Source: an uncultured Gemmatimonadales bacterium (lineage in GTDB: Bacteria > Gemmatimonadota > Gemmatimonadetes > Gemmatimonadales > GWC2-71-9). Taken from it: a stretch of DNA of 64,000 nucleotides. The number at the start of each line of letters is the position of its first letter. The stretch's first letter is position 1. The translations under genes and the position numbers were made by a program. This document shows positions 40,085 through 59,350 of this stretch, piece after piece. The notes below the pieces were generated by a model. That model did no database searches and was not told where the DNA came from. It saw nothing but the letters and a program-made list of their open reading frames with translations. The stretch covers positions 32,001 through 96,000 of the forward strand of contig CAWGSK010000012.1 of assembly GCA_963825055.1 (NCBI GenBank), in the 5' to 3' direction.

Positions 40085-41526
40085 TGGCGCTCCGCCTCCA
40101 CAACACGATGGCGCGCGCGGTCGAGCCGTTCACGCCGCTCGACCCGCCTCGCGTGTCCATGTACACCTGCGGGCCGACGGTGTGGAACTACGCCCACATC
40201 GGGAATTTTCGCACCTTCTTCTTCGAGGATCTCCTCCGCCGGTGGCTGGAGGCGAGTGGGTATGAGGTCTTTCACGTCATGAACCTGACCGACGTGGACG
40301 ACCGCACTATCGTGACTGCCGCCGAGCGCGGGGTGAGCCTGGCGGAGCACGTCCAGCCGTACACCGACGCGTTCTTCGCCGACCGGGACTACCTCCGCAT
40401 CCGGCCGGCACACGAGTACCCCCGCGCTACGGAGTACATCCCGCAAATGGTGGACCTGGTGCAGGGGTTGCTGGACAGGGGGGTCGCGTACCGCGGCGAG
40501 GACGGGTCGGTCTACTTCTCCATCGCGCGCTTCCCATCCTATGGTCGCCTGAGCCGGCTTGACCCGGCCAGCCTGCAGTCGGGCGCGAGCGGCCGGGTGA
40601 GCAGCGACGAGTACGCCAAGGAGGACGCGCGCGACTTCGTCCTCTGGAAGGCGGCGGCCCCGCGCGACGAGCAGGTGGGCGCGGCCTGGGCCGCCCCGTT
40701 CGGCCGGGGCCGCCCGGGCTGGCACCTCGAGTGCTCGGCGATGGCGCTCGACCTGCTCCGGCAGCGGTGGGGGGTGGACGTCCTCGACATTCATGCGGGC
40801 GGAGTGGACCTGATCTTTCCCCATCATGAGGACGAGATCGCGCAGAGCTGCGCCTTCACCGGGCGCGAGGCCTTCGCGCGGTACTGGCTCCACGGCGAGT
40901 TCCTGAACGTGAGCGGCACCAAGATGAGCAAGCGGTTCGGGAACATCACGACCGCGCGTGACCTCAGGGATGACGGGGTGGATGCCGGCACCGTGCGGCT
41001 CCTCATGTGCCAGACCCACTACCGCCAGAAGCTCGACCTGAATGACCAGGCGCTCGAGGCCGCACGGGAGGGCTCCCGGCGGCTGGGCGAGTTCGACCGG
41101 CGGCTGCGCGAGGTGGTGGAGGCAGGCACGACGGACAGGATGGACGAGGCGTTCCGGAAGGTGGTGGAAGACACCGAAGGGACCTTCTCGGCGGCGATGG
41201 ACGACGACCTCAATGCCCCGCGGGCCCTGGCCGCCCTGTTCGACTTCGTGCGGGAGGGGAACCGGCTGCTGGACGCCCGGAAGGTGCCGGGCGCCGCCAC
41301 GCTGGAGGCCTGGACCCGATGGGCGACCGGTGTCCTGGACGTACTTCCCGGCGAGGGACCGGCCGACCCCGAGCTGGCGGCATGGGTCGAGGGCCGGCTC
41401 GACGCCCGCCGGGAGGCCCGCCTGCGGCGGGACTTCGCCGCTGCCGACGCGATCCGTGATGAGCTTGCGGGCCGGGGGGTGGTCGTGGAGGACACGCCCG
41501 GCGGACCCAAGTGGAAAGTGCGCTGA
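40084..41526 (+). CDS. cysS: Cysteine--tRNA ligase
   Basis: YTCGPTV, HIGN, GRPGWHLECSAM, KMSK. Confidence 0.97.
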   Translation: MALRLHNTMARAVEPFTPLDPPRVSMYTCGPTVWNYAHIGNFRTFFFEDLLRRWLEASGYEVFHVMNLTDVDDRTIVTAAERGVSLAEHVQPYTDAFFADRDYLRIRPAHEYPRATEYIPQMVDLVQGLLDRGVAYRGEDGSVYFSIARFPSYGRLSRLDPASLQSGASGRVSSDEYAKEDARDFVLWKAAAPRDEQVGAAWAAPFGRGRPGWHLECSAMALDLLRQRWGVDVLDIHAGGVDLIFPHHEDEIAQSCAFTGREAFARYWLHGEFLNVSGTKMSKRFGNITTARDLRDDGVDAGTVRLLMCQTHYRQKLDLNDQALEAAREGSRRLGEFDRRLREVVEAGTTDRMDEAFRKVVEDTEGTFSAAMDDDLNAPRALAALFDFVREGNRLLDARKVPGAATLEAWTRWATGVLDVLPGEGPADPELAAWVEGRLDARREARLRRDFAAADAIRDELAGRGVVVEDTPGGPKWKVR

Positions 41527-41594
41527 ACCAGGCCCGGCCGGGCCCGTAGACGCCCCGAAAGGCCGCCACGCTGGCAGTTCGCCCGACCCTCCCG

Positions 41595-41623
41595 TTGACT
41601 CCCGTTAAGTCGCTGTCTATTAT
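41595..41623 (+). promoter_or_regulatory. Sigma70 promoter for the tRNA-tuf operon
   Basis: TTGACT-17 bp-TATTAT. Confidence 0.75.
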
Positions 41624-41652
41624 ATGGGTCTGCCATTTTTGGGGCCCCGGCT

Positions 41653-41725
41653 GCTGGCGTAGCTCAACTGGCAGAGCAGCTGATTTGTAATCAGCAGGTT
41701 GAGGGTTCGAGTCCCTCCGCCAGCT
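41653..41725 (+). tRNA. tRNA-Thr(TGT)
   Basis: Cloverleaf; anticodon arm GCTGA-TTTGTAA-TCAGC; GGTTCGA T-loop. Confidence 0.95.
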
Positions 41726-41763
41726 CTGTGAGAGTGCGGAGCGCCGTCCCGGGGGCAGGTCGC

Positions 41764-41847
41764 GGTGGGGTGACCGAGTGGCTAATGGTAGCAGACTGTA
41801 AATCTGCCGGGCTATGCCCTACGTAGGTTCGAATCCTACCCCCACCA
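41764..41847 (+). tRNA. tRNA-Tyr(GTA)
   Basis: GCAGA-CTGTAAA-TCTGC anticodon arm, long variable arm, GGTTCGAATCC. Confidence 0.95.
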
Positions 41848-41890
41848 TTGCGGGCGGACAGTTCGAGCAGGCAGACATGGCGGACGGCAC

Positions 41891-41963
41891 GCGGGTGTAG
41901 CTCAGTTGGTAGAGCATCAGCCTTCCAAGCTGAGGGTCGCGGGTTCGAGTCCCGTCGCCCGCT
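41891..41963 (+). tRNA. tRNA-Gly(TCC)
   Basis: TCAGC-CTTCCAA-GCTGA anticodon arm; GGTTCGAGTCC. Confidence 0.95.
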
Positions 41964-41971
41964 TGATGTGA

Positions 41972-42055
41972 GGTCGAGGGGTCAAGGAGTCGAGAGGTCG
42001 AGAACGGCGTCAGCTGGTGGCTGACTCGACGTCTCGACTTCTGGACCTCTCGACC
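41972..42055. repeat. Inverted octamer arrays (RGTCGAGR x4 / YCTCGACY x4) between tRNAs
   Basis: ggtcgagg ggtcaagg agtcgaga ggtcgaga ... actcgacg tctcgact tctggacc tctcgacc. Confidence 0.8.
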
Positions 42056-42087
42056 GGCGGGGCCGGGTGAAAGGGGACAGCGGATCC

Positions 42088-42160
<73 letters not shown>

Positions 42161-42209
42161 CTGACAACACGCGAACCAGCGTACAGCTTTCTTCACGGAG
42201 TATGCCAGG

Positions 42210-43403
<1,194 letters not shown>

Positions 43404-43448
43404 GCCTGAACGCGCCGGAGCCGGCGCGCCTGACGATAGAGGCGGGGT

Positions 43449-43601
43449 ATGCCGAGAGAGAAGATCATCCTGGAGTGCACCGAGTGCAAGGAACGGAACT
43501 ACTTCCAGGACAAGAACCGGCGGAAGCATCCGGAGCGCGTGGAGTGGAAGAAGTACTGCCCGCGCTGCAACCGGCACCTGCTGCATAAAGAGTCGAAGTA
43601 A
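43449..43601 (+). CDS. rpmG: 50S ribosomal protein L33 (zinc-binding CxxC form)
   Basis: My translation: [18 protein letters not shown]...[17 protein letters not shown] (below the ORF-track size cutoff). Confidence 0.95.
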   Translation: MPREKIILECTECKERNYFQDKNRRKHPERVEWKKYCPRCNRHLLHKESK

Positions 43602-43604
43602 CCG

Positions 43605-43856
43605 ATGGCCGTAACGCAACGGTCGGAGGCCCGTCCCGAGCGCGGCGGCCTCGGGGGCTGGCTCGCCAGCTCCCGGGACTTCCTCGTGGCGGTCCGGGCC
43701 GAGATGGCCAAGGTGACGTGGCCCTCGCGGGACGAGTTGGTCAAGGCGACGCGGATGATCATCATCCTGTCGATCGCGCTGGGGCTGGTGATCGGGTTCA
43801 TGGACAAGGTGCTGCAGCTGATCCTGGTGGACGGCGTCGCGCTGCTGGCGCGGTAA
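43605..43856 (+). CDS. secE: Preprotein translocase subunit SecE
   Basis: EMAKVTWPSRDE plus a TM helix; synteny. Confidence 0.93.
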   Translation: MAVTQRSEARPERGGLGGWLASSRDFLVAVRAEMAKVTWPSRDELVKATRMIIILSIALGLVIGFMDKVLQLILVDGVALLAR

Positions 43857-43858
43857 CC

Positions 43859-44401
43859 ATGGACTATCACTGGTACGCCATCCAGACCACGGCGGGGCAC
43901 GAGAACAAGGTGCGCAACCTCATCGCGCAGCGGATCGGTGACGACCCGCGTGCCGAGGGGGAGAAGCTGATCGGCCAGGCGCTGGTCCCGACCCAGGAAG
44001 TGGTCGAGATCAAGAATGGCAAGAAGGTCACGGTTGAGCGGAAGCTCTATCCCGGCTACGTCCTGGTCGAGATGGGCATGGGGCAGGAAGCGCTCCACGT
44101 GATCAACAGCATTCAGGGCGTGATCAAGTTCGTCGGCACGGGCCGCTATCCGCAGCCCCTCCGGCAGGACGAGGTCAACCGCCTCCTCGGCGTGGCCGAG
44201 GAGGAGGTGGAGTCGGAGCCGAAGGAGGAGATCCCCTTCCTGGTAGGCCAGGTGGTGGAGATCACCGAGGGGCCCTTCTCCGACTTCAGCGGCACGGTCG
44301 AGGAAGTGCTGGCCGACAAAGGCAAGGTGCGTGTGTCGGTGAGCCTCTTCGGGCGGCCCACGACCGTGGAGCTGGATTACCTCCAGCTGCGGGGGCACTG
44401 A
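43859..44401 (+). CDS. nusG: Transcription termination/antitermination factor NusG
   Basis: WYAIQT..GHE.KV, YPGYVLVEM, KOW domain GPFSDFSG. Confidence 0.97.
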   Translation: MDYHWYAIQTTAGHENKVRNLIAQRIGDDPRAEGEKLIGQALVPTQEVVEIKNGKKVTVERKLYPGYVLVEMGMGQEALHVINSIQGVIKFVGTGRYPQPLRQDEVNRLLGVAEEEVESEPKEEIPFLVGQVVEITEGPFSDFSGTVEEVLADKGKVRVSVSLFGRPTTVELDYLQLRGH

Positions 44402-44406
44402 CCTGC

Positions 44407-44455
44407 AGTGACTAGTGACTAGTGACTAGTGAGTAGTGAGTAGTGAGTAGTGAGT
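44407..44455. repeat. Heptamer tandem repeat AGTGACT x3 + AGTGAGT x4
   Basis: Read directly, just after the nusG stop. Confidence 0.95.
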
Positions 44456-44540
44456 CGCCCGCGCATCTCGTGGGCTCCCGCGACCGCGCGGGTGATCGCG
44501 GCAGCTGGCGGCTTCGGGCCGCAGCGCAACGAGGAGTGGT

Positions 44541-44966
44541 ATGGCAAAGAAAGTGGCGGCGCAGGTGAAGCTCCAGTGCCCCGCCGGTGCAGCGAATCCC
44601 GCCCCCCCCGTGGGGACGGCGCTGGGGCCGCACGGGGTCAACATCATGGAGTTCTGCAAGCAGTTCAACGCGCGGACGCAGTCGCAGGCGGGGATGGTGA
44701 TCCCCGTCGTCGTGACGATTTACGCGGACCGGACTTTCACGTTCATCACCAAGACCCCCCCGGCGCCGAACCTCCTGCTCAAGGAGGCGGGTATCGCCAA
44801 GGGGAGCGGCCAGCCCAACCGGACCAAGGTGGGCACCGTGACGCGGGCCCAGCTCCAGAAGATCGCCGAGATCAAGATGGAGGACCTGAACGCGTCCGAC
44901 ATGGACAGCGCCATCCGGATGATCGCCGGGACCGCGCGGTCGATGGGGCTGGAGGTGAGCGACTGA
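44541..44966 (+). CDS. rplK: 50S ribosomal protein L11
   Basis: [24 protein letters not shown]. Confidence 0.98.
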   Translation: MAKKVAAQVKLQCPAGAANPAPPVGTALGPHGVNIMEFCKQFNARTQSQAGMVIPVVVTIYADRTFTFITKTPPAPNLLLKEAGIAKGSGQPNRTKVGTVTRAQLQKIAEIKMEDLNASDMDSAIRMIAGTARSMGLEVSD

Positions 44967-45655
44967 TGCCGCGTCATGGAAAGCGGTTCCGTGCCGCGCT
45001 CGAGCGCATCGACCGGGAGCAGCTGCATGAGGTCCCGGCGGCGATCGCGCGGTTGAAGGACCTGGCCTTCGCGAAGTTCAACGAGTCGGTGGACGTGGCC
45101 GTCCGCCTCGGCGTCGATCCGCGGCATGCGGACCAGGTTGTCCGCGGCACCGTGGTGCTCCCGCACGGTACCGGCAAGCCGGTGCGGGTGCTGGTCCTCG
45201 CCCAGGGCGAGAAGGCCAAGGAGGCCGAGCAGGCCGGGGCCGACTTCGTGGGTGTCGAGTACATCCCGAAGCTCAAGGAGGGGTGGCTCGACTGTGACGT
45301 GATCGTCGCGACGCCCGATGTCATGGGCCAGCTGGGCGCCCTGGGCCGGATCCTCGGTCCGCGGGGCCTGATGCCGAACCCGAAGGCCGGGACGGTCACG
45401 ATGGACGTCGCCAGGGCGGTGCGCGAGATCAAGGCCGGCAAGATCGAGTTCCGGGTTGACAAGACCGGGAACGTGCACGCCCCGATCGGCAAGGTCTCGT
45501 TCAGTGCGGACCAGCTGGCCGAGAACCTCCATGCGTTCATGGAGACGATCGTCCGGGCGCGGCCCGCGGCGGCGAAGGGGACCTATATCCGGTCCGCCAC
45601 GGTGTCCAGCACGATGGGCCCCGGGCTCCGGCTCGATACGGCGGTGTACCGATGA
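44966..45655 (+). CDS. rplA: 50S ribosomal protein L1
   Basis: [29 protein letters not shown]. Confidence 0.98.
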   Translation: MPRHGKRFRAALERIDREQLHEVPAAIARLKDLAFAKFNESVDVAVRLGVDPRHADQVVRGTVVLPHGTGKPVRVLVLAQGEKAKEAEQAGADFVGVEYIPKLKEGWLDCDVIVATPDVMGQLGALGRILGPRGLMPNPKAGTVTMDVARAVREIKAGKIEFRVDKTGNVHAPIGKVSFSADQLAENLHAFMETIVRARPAAAKGTYIRSATVSSTMGPGLRLDTAVYR

Positions 45656-46176
45656 ACAAGACTGAACGCCAGACGATGGTCGAGACCCTGACCGAGGAGT
45701 TCGCGCGGTCGACCAACCTCTATGTCACCGACTTCACCGGGCTGGACGTGGGGAAGATGACGGAGTTGCGTCGCCGGTTGCGGACCGCGGGGGTCCGGTA
45801 CGTCGTCGTGAAGAATACGCTCGCCCAGCGCGCCCTGGCGGCGCAGGACATCAGCGCGCTGGACGAGCATCTGACGGGCCCCACCGGGCTGGTCCTGGCT
45901 GGTGAGGATCCGGTAACCGCGGCGAAGGTGCTCACCGATTTCGCCAGGGAACACGAAAAGCCTGCCATCCGGATCGGACTGGTGGACGGGCTTCCGGTGA
46001 CACCGGAGCAGGTCAGGCGGCTGGCGTCACTGCCGCCGAAGGATGTGCTGCTCTCGCAGCTGGCCGGCACCCTCCAGGCGCCGATGGCGCAACTGGCGGG
46101 GGTCATGAACGGATTCCTCACGCAGATGATTGGCGCTCTTGAGGCTCTCAAGGCGCAGCGTGGCGCTGGTTCTTAA
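45652..46176 (+). CDS. rplJ: 50S ribosomal protein L10
   Basis: VVKNTL, GPT, LASLPPK; synteny. Confidence 0.95.
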   Translation: MNKTERQTMVETLTEEFARSTNLYVTDFTGLDVGKMTELRRRLRTAGVRYVVVKNTLAQRALAAQDISALDEHLTGPTGLVLAGEDPVTAAKVLTDFAREHEKPAIRIGLVDGLPVTPEQVRRLASLPPKDVLLSQLAGTLQAPMAQLAGVMNGFLTQMIGALEALKAQRGAGS

Positions 46177-46198
46177 CACGTACGGAGAGACAAACACG

Positions 46199-46594
<396 letters not shown>

Positions 46595-46770
46595 TCGCCG
46601 TGTCCCGCCGGCCAACCGGGCCGGCGGGTTCTCCCGGTGTGACTTCAGTTGGGACGACATGACACGACGACGCGACCGTTAACCTCCTGTACCGTCGAGC
46701 CCCGCGACGCCCCCCCGCATTGGGTGGGGGGGACCGCGACGGGGCCATTTGTGTTGTGCGAGAGTGTGCG

Positions 46771-51249
<4,479 letters not shown>

Positions 51250-51258
51250 GAGGGAGCC

Positions 51259-55821
<4,563 letters not shown>

Positions 55822-55848
55822 GAAGCCGCCCTTTGCTTCAGGCGTTGA

Positions 55849-56907
55849 TCAGGATGCCGGAAGAGGCTTCATGGCAACGAGTTCCGGGTAGGGGTCAGTA
55901 AACAGGACGTAGAAAATCCCCTTGAACACGCGGAGCCGGTAGGCTGGCGCCGGGAGTTGGACCGTTCCCAGGTACGTTCCGGTATTCCATTCGTAGCGGT
56001 CCACCAGGGCATTTGCCTGATTAGTGAGGCCTGAATAGAGCACATACACCACGGAAGAATCCACATCGACGTCGCGCGCGGCGAACTGCGTTCCTACCAA
56101 CCTCAAGCTTGTGCCGACGCCTCCGTCACCTGTCCGAGCGAGAGTGGGAAAGGGCATCGGTTCGACGAACCGGCCGGTATATCGCTGACGCTCGTGGCTC
56201 CGAAATCCGTACCACCCGGGTCCGAAGGAGAAAGCATAGGCCCAGCGACCGTCGGTGCTGCTGCTCACGCGGCCCTGAGTTACCATCGGGTCCAGATCCA
56301 AGCCCTGTTGCCAAGGCATGGATTCCCGGCGGATGAACTCTCCGAGAGAATCCAGCGTCACCAGCGGCTCCGTTGGGTCACGAGTCAGGAGAAGCACCCT
56401 TCCATCGGGTAACGGGACGAGGCTCGCGGTGCGGCCCTGCGAGGAGATATTCAACTCCCGTACGGGGGTTCCCGTTGGGTCGAGAACGCTTATTCGAGCT
56501 GTGCCGGCATCAAGGAGATATGTCCGCCCCCCTGAGTCGAGGGCCAGGTCTCGAACGTTCCGGTACTCTCCCGGCCCGCTCCCTTCCTGACCACTGGACC
56601 AGAGTCGCCTCCCTCCCAGGTCGAAGGCGAGTACCTGGTGCCTTGCGCCGTCGAACAGGGAGATGATTCCTGGTCCCACATCCAGGCGGACGGGATCCAA
56701 AAGCGTCGTATCTCCCTTTCCGCCGATAGTAAATACTGTGTCCCACAGCACACCTATGCTGCGACGGTCTTCAGTAGCCTCTGGTTGGTTCTCGACCCAG
56801 TCATGAGGCACCTTGTCGGATAACCCTGCATGCCCGGCCCCCGTGCAAGCGAGAATTCCCAGCAGGGCCACTGAGCAGGTGAGAACGGATCGCTGACGCT
56901 GCCTCAT
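55849..56907 (-). CDS. 6-bladed beta-propeller (NHL-like) lipoprotein
   Basis: Lipobox ILA-C; GQEGSGPGEY, DSGGRTYLLDAG..RISVLD repeat-type blades. Confidence 0.75.
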   Translation of the reverse strand: MRQRQRSVLTCSVALLGILACTGAGHAGLSDKVPHDWVENQPEATEDRRSIGVLWDTVFTIGGKGDTTLLDPVRLDVGPGIISLFDGARHQVLAFDLGGRRLWSSGQEGSGPGEYRNVRDLALDSGGRTYLLDAGTARISVLDPTGTPVRELNISSQGRTASLVPLPDGRVLLLTRDPTEPLVTLDSLGEFIRRESMPWQQGLDLDPMVTQGRVSSSTDGRWAYAFSFGPGWYGFRSHERQRYTGRFVEPMPFPTLARTGDGGVGTSLRLVGTQFAARDVDVDSSVVYVLYSGLTNQANALVDRYEWNTGTYLGTVQLPAPAYRLRVFKGIFYVLFTDPYPELVAMKPLPAS

Positions 56908-57446
56908 TGCGGTGCGGCGGCAACGTGAGAAGCTGCCGATGGCGCCTGGGCCACGAGGCGGTCCAGCGTCGGGAAAGCTCGGGAATCCAGTACGGATCTT
57001 ACTTCGCCGGCGGCTCCCATCAGAATGATGAGCGGGGTTTGAGTATAGCCAAATCGAGAGAGCACGATGCGCGCCTGGGTGGAACGATTTCCGGAAACCG
57101 GGAAATCAATCGAATGGGCAGCCTGGAGTTCCGACACCTCGCCAGAATCGAGAGCGGTCACAGTAAACCCTCTCACGTCCTCCCCTGCACGCCAGAGGCC
57201 ATCCAGTTCCCCGATCACTTGGAGGGCGCCAGGACAATCCTCTGGTTGGAAAATCAGGGCGATGCTTCTGACGCTGTCCATTGGGCTGGATCCATCGAGA
57301 TAGCCCAACTGTGAGGAAACGGGCTCAGAGGCACGAGTTGTCGCCTGATAGACCACTGGCAGGCGAACGACTAGGAAGAGCGCTATTCCAACGACGATTG
57401 CCTGGACTCGGCGATACCACTGCTGACGGACCGATGGACCTGTCAT
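56904..57446 (-). CDS. Membrane-anchored thioredoxin-fold protein (single Cys)
   Basis: N-terminal TM; LIFQPEDCPGA; TP..I...G.V cis-Pro motif; ATGA overlap with the propeller gene. Confidence 0.55.
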   Translation of the reverse strand: MTGPSVRQQWYRRVQAIVVGIALFLVVRLPVVYQATTRASEPVSSQLGYLDGSSPMDSVRSIALIFQPEDCPGALQVIGELDGLWRAGEDVRGFTVTALDSGEVSELQAAHSIDFPVSGNRSTQARIVLSRFGYTQTPLIILMGAAGEVRSVLDSRAFPTLDRLVAQAPSAASHVAAAPQ

Positions 57447-57543
57447 GAGGAATCCCCCAACTCCAGAAAAGCGGTCGATGTCTAAGTCGAATGAAATGAA
57501 GAACTACCGGGAGACAGGGACGGGGGCGGTAGATATCTCCAGC

Positions 57544-57765
57544 CTATGGGTAGTTCAGGTACGACCAGGCGCAGCAGCTGCCATCGGTGCACTCCTTTGT
57601 GCAAGTAGCGGAGCAATCATCGCCGGCACGCTGATAGCATTGGATCGGGACCTGCTGTTGTGCGAACGCCGATGATTCGGTACCAGAAATCGGCATGAGG
57701 GCTGCTGAGACGATGACGCCGGCGGCGAGGAGCAGTATTCTCAGGGGGTTTTCCAGATAGGGCAT
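57544..57765 (-). CDS. Secreted Cys-rich peptide precursor (73 aa; ~38-aa mature peptide with 6 Cys)
   Basis: AAGGAGG RBS; signal peptide ending AFA; QQQVPIQCYQRAGDDCSATCTKECTDGSCCAWSYLNYP. Confidence 0.7.
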   Translation of the reverse strand: MPYLENPLRILLLAAGVIVSAALMPISGTESSAFAQQQVPIQCYQRAGDDCSATCTKECTDGSCCAWSYLNYP

Positions 57766-58112
57766 GCGTGCCTCCTTGAAGATCTGAATGAGGTCCCTGT
57801 CCTCCGCGGTTTCCTGGGAGCTTGCCGTCATCCCGTTGCAGGACAATTCTCGAAGGGCTCCTTTGACCACCGTACGTATTCGCCCCCCCCCCTCGTCAAG
57901 CTATCAAGCATGACAGGTGGCGTGGTTCAGAGCTACGTAGGAAGGCCAATCCCCTCGATTGTTACGCAGGGCCGTTCGGGCACAGTCCGTCACGGCCCAC
58001 GTGGTAAAATGCGGATTTCGGTATAGTGGACGGCTCACCACTGGTAGTGGGTGACCCATTACCCCCCGTGTCGGCACTGGTACTGTACGAGTGCCCCCCA
58101 GTGTCACTCCAC

Positions 58113-58141
58113 TTGACCCCTCCCGCTGTCCTGATTAAAGT
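58113..58141 (+). promoter_or_regulatory. Sigma70 promoter for rpsL
   Basis: TTGACC-17 bp-TAAAGT. Confidence 0.7.
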
Positions 58142-58179
58142 CTGTGTCATTTTTGCGATTCGTGAAAGCTGTAGAGGGT

Positions 58180-58563
58180 ATGCCGACCATTAATCAGTTG
58201 ATCCGGCACGGCCGGAAGTCGATCCCGGCCAAGGACAAGGCGCCGGCGCTCAAGAGCAACCCCCAGAAGCGGGGGGTCTGCACGCGCGTGTACACCACCA
58301 CGCCGAAGAAGCCGAACTCGGCGCTTCGGAAGGTGGCGCGTGTCCGCCTGACCAACGGGTTCGAGGTCACGGCCTACATCCCGGGCGAGGGCCACAACCT
58401 GCAGGAGCACTCGATCGTCCTGATCCGGGGCGGCCGGGTGAAGGATCTGCCGGGCGTGCGTTATCACATCGTCCGCGGGACGCTGGACGCGGCCGGGGTG
58501 AATGACCGCCGCCAGAGCAGGTCCAAGTACGGGGCCAAGAAGCCGAAGGGCGGAAGCAAGTGA
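58180..58563 (+). CDS. rpsL: 30S ribosomal protein S12
   Basis: [27 protein letters not shown]. Confidence 0.99.
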   Translation: MPTINQLIRHGRKSIPAKDKAPALKSNPQKRGVCTRVYTTTPKKPNSALRKVARVRLTNGFEVTAYIPGEGHNLQEHSIVLIRGGRVKDLPGVRYHIVRGTLDAAGVNDRRQSRSKYGAKKPKGGSK

Positions 58564-59030
58564 GCCGCCGCAACCGTGCCGTCAAGCGGCCTGTGCCGCC
58601 CGATCCGCGCTTCGACAGCCAGACGGTTTCGAAGTTCGTGAACAACCTGATGCACGACGGCAAGAAGAGCACCGCCGAGAGCATCTTCTATGGTGCCATG
58701 GACATGATCGAGCAGCGCACCGGGCAGCCGGGCGTGGCCGTGTTCAAGCAGGCGGTGAACAACGCCAAGCCCATGGTCGAGGTGAAGAGCCGCCGGGTCG
58801 GTGGCGCCTCCCTCCAGGTGCCGGTCGAGGTCCGTCCGGAGCGGCGCACGGCCTTGGCCATGCGCTGGCTGCTGGATTTTGCCCGGAACCGGTCCGAGAA
58901 GAGCATGGCGGAGCGGCTGGCGGCCGAGCTGATCCAGGCCTCCAAGGGCGAGGGCAACACCATCAAGAAGAAGGACGACACCCACCGCATGGCCGAGGCC
59001 AACCGGGCCTTCGCGCACTATCGCTGGTAG
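58560..59030 (+). CDS. rpsG: 30S ribosomal protein S7
   Basis: [30 protein letters not shown]. Confidence 0.98.
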   Translation: MSRRNRAVKRPVPPDPRFDSQTVSKFVNNLMHDGKKSTAESIFYGAMDMIEQRTGQPGVAVFKQAVNNAKPMVEVKSRRVGGASLQVPVEVRPERRTALAMRWLLDFARNRSEKSMAERLAAELIQASKGEGNTIKKKDDTHRMAEANRAFAHYRW

Positions 59031-59054
59031 GGGAGTCCGCAGGAACGCAGGCGG

Positions 59055-59080
59055 GGGCGTCCGGAGACGGGCGCCCTTTT
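59055..59080 (+). terminator. Intrinsic terminator-like hairpin after rpsG
   Basis: GGGCGTCCG-GAGA-CGGGCGCCC followed by TTTT. Confidence 0.65.
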
Positions 59081-59083
59081 GAT

Positions 59084-59210
59084 TTCTCGGCTGTCGGCAT
59101 TCGGCAGTCGGCGATTCCTCGACCCCTCGACCCCTCGACCCCTCGACCCTCGACCCCTCGACCTCTCGACCTCTCGACCTCTCGACCTCTCGACCTCTCG
59201 ACCTCTCGAC
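59084..59210. repeat. Heptamer (~CAGTCGG x4) then octamer (YCTCGACC x~12) tandem repeats between rpsG and fusA
   Basis: ctgtcgg cattcgg cagtcgg; cctcgacc... tctcgacc... Confidence 0.93.
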
Positions 59211-59350
59211 TTGTATTCCCCTCGTCTCCCGTTAAATTTTCAAGGCTTTGGCATTTCGCAGCCCGGCATCCACTTACGGGGCCGGGGGGCGGAGGGGACG
59301 GCACCGCCGCCCGCCGCTTTTTCATATCATGGGCAGACACGGTTTCGGCA

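Noticed and set aside
57544..57765. Cys-rich peptide as a radical-SAM (SCIFF/ranthipeptide) or lanthipeptide precursor
   Set aside because: It has a Sec-type signal peptide and no modifying enzyme is encoded nearby, so disulfide bonding is the simpler reading.
55849..58100. Island as an integrative or mobile element
   Set aside because: No integrase, transposase or flanking direct repeats are visible. Horizontal origin is inferred only from composition and position.
58502..59350. Apparent ~280-aa N-terminal extension of EF-G
   Set aside because: It overlaps rpsG out of frame and runs through a terminator and repeats. The canonical EF-G start is ATG 59351.
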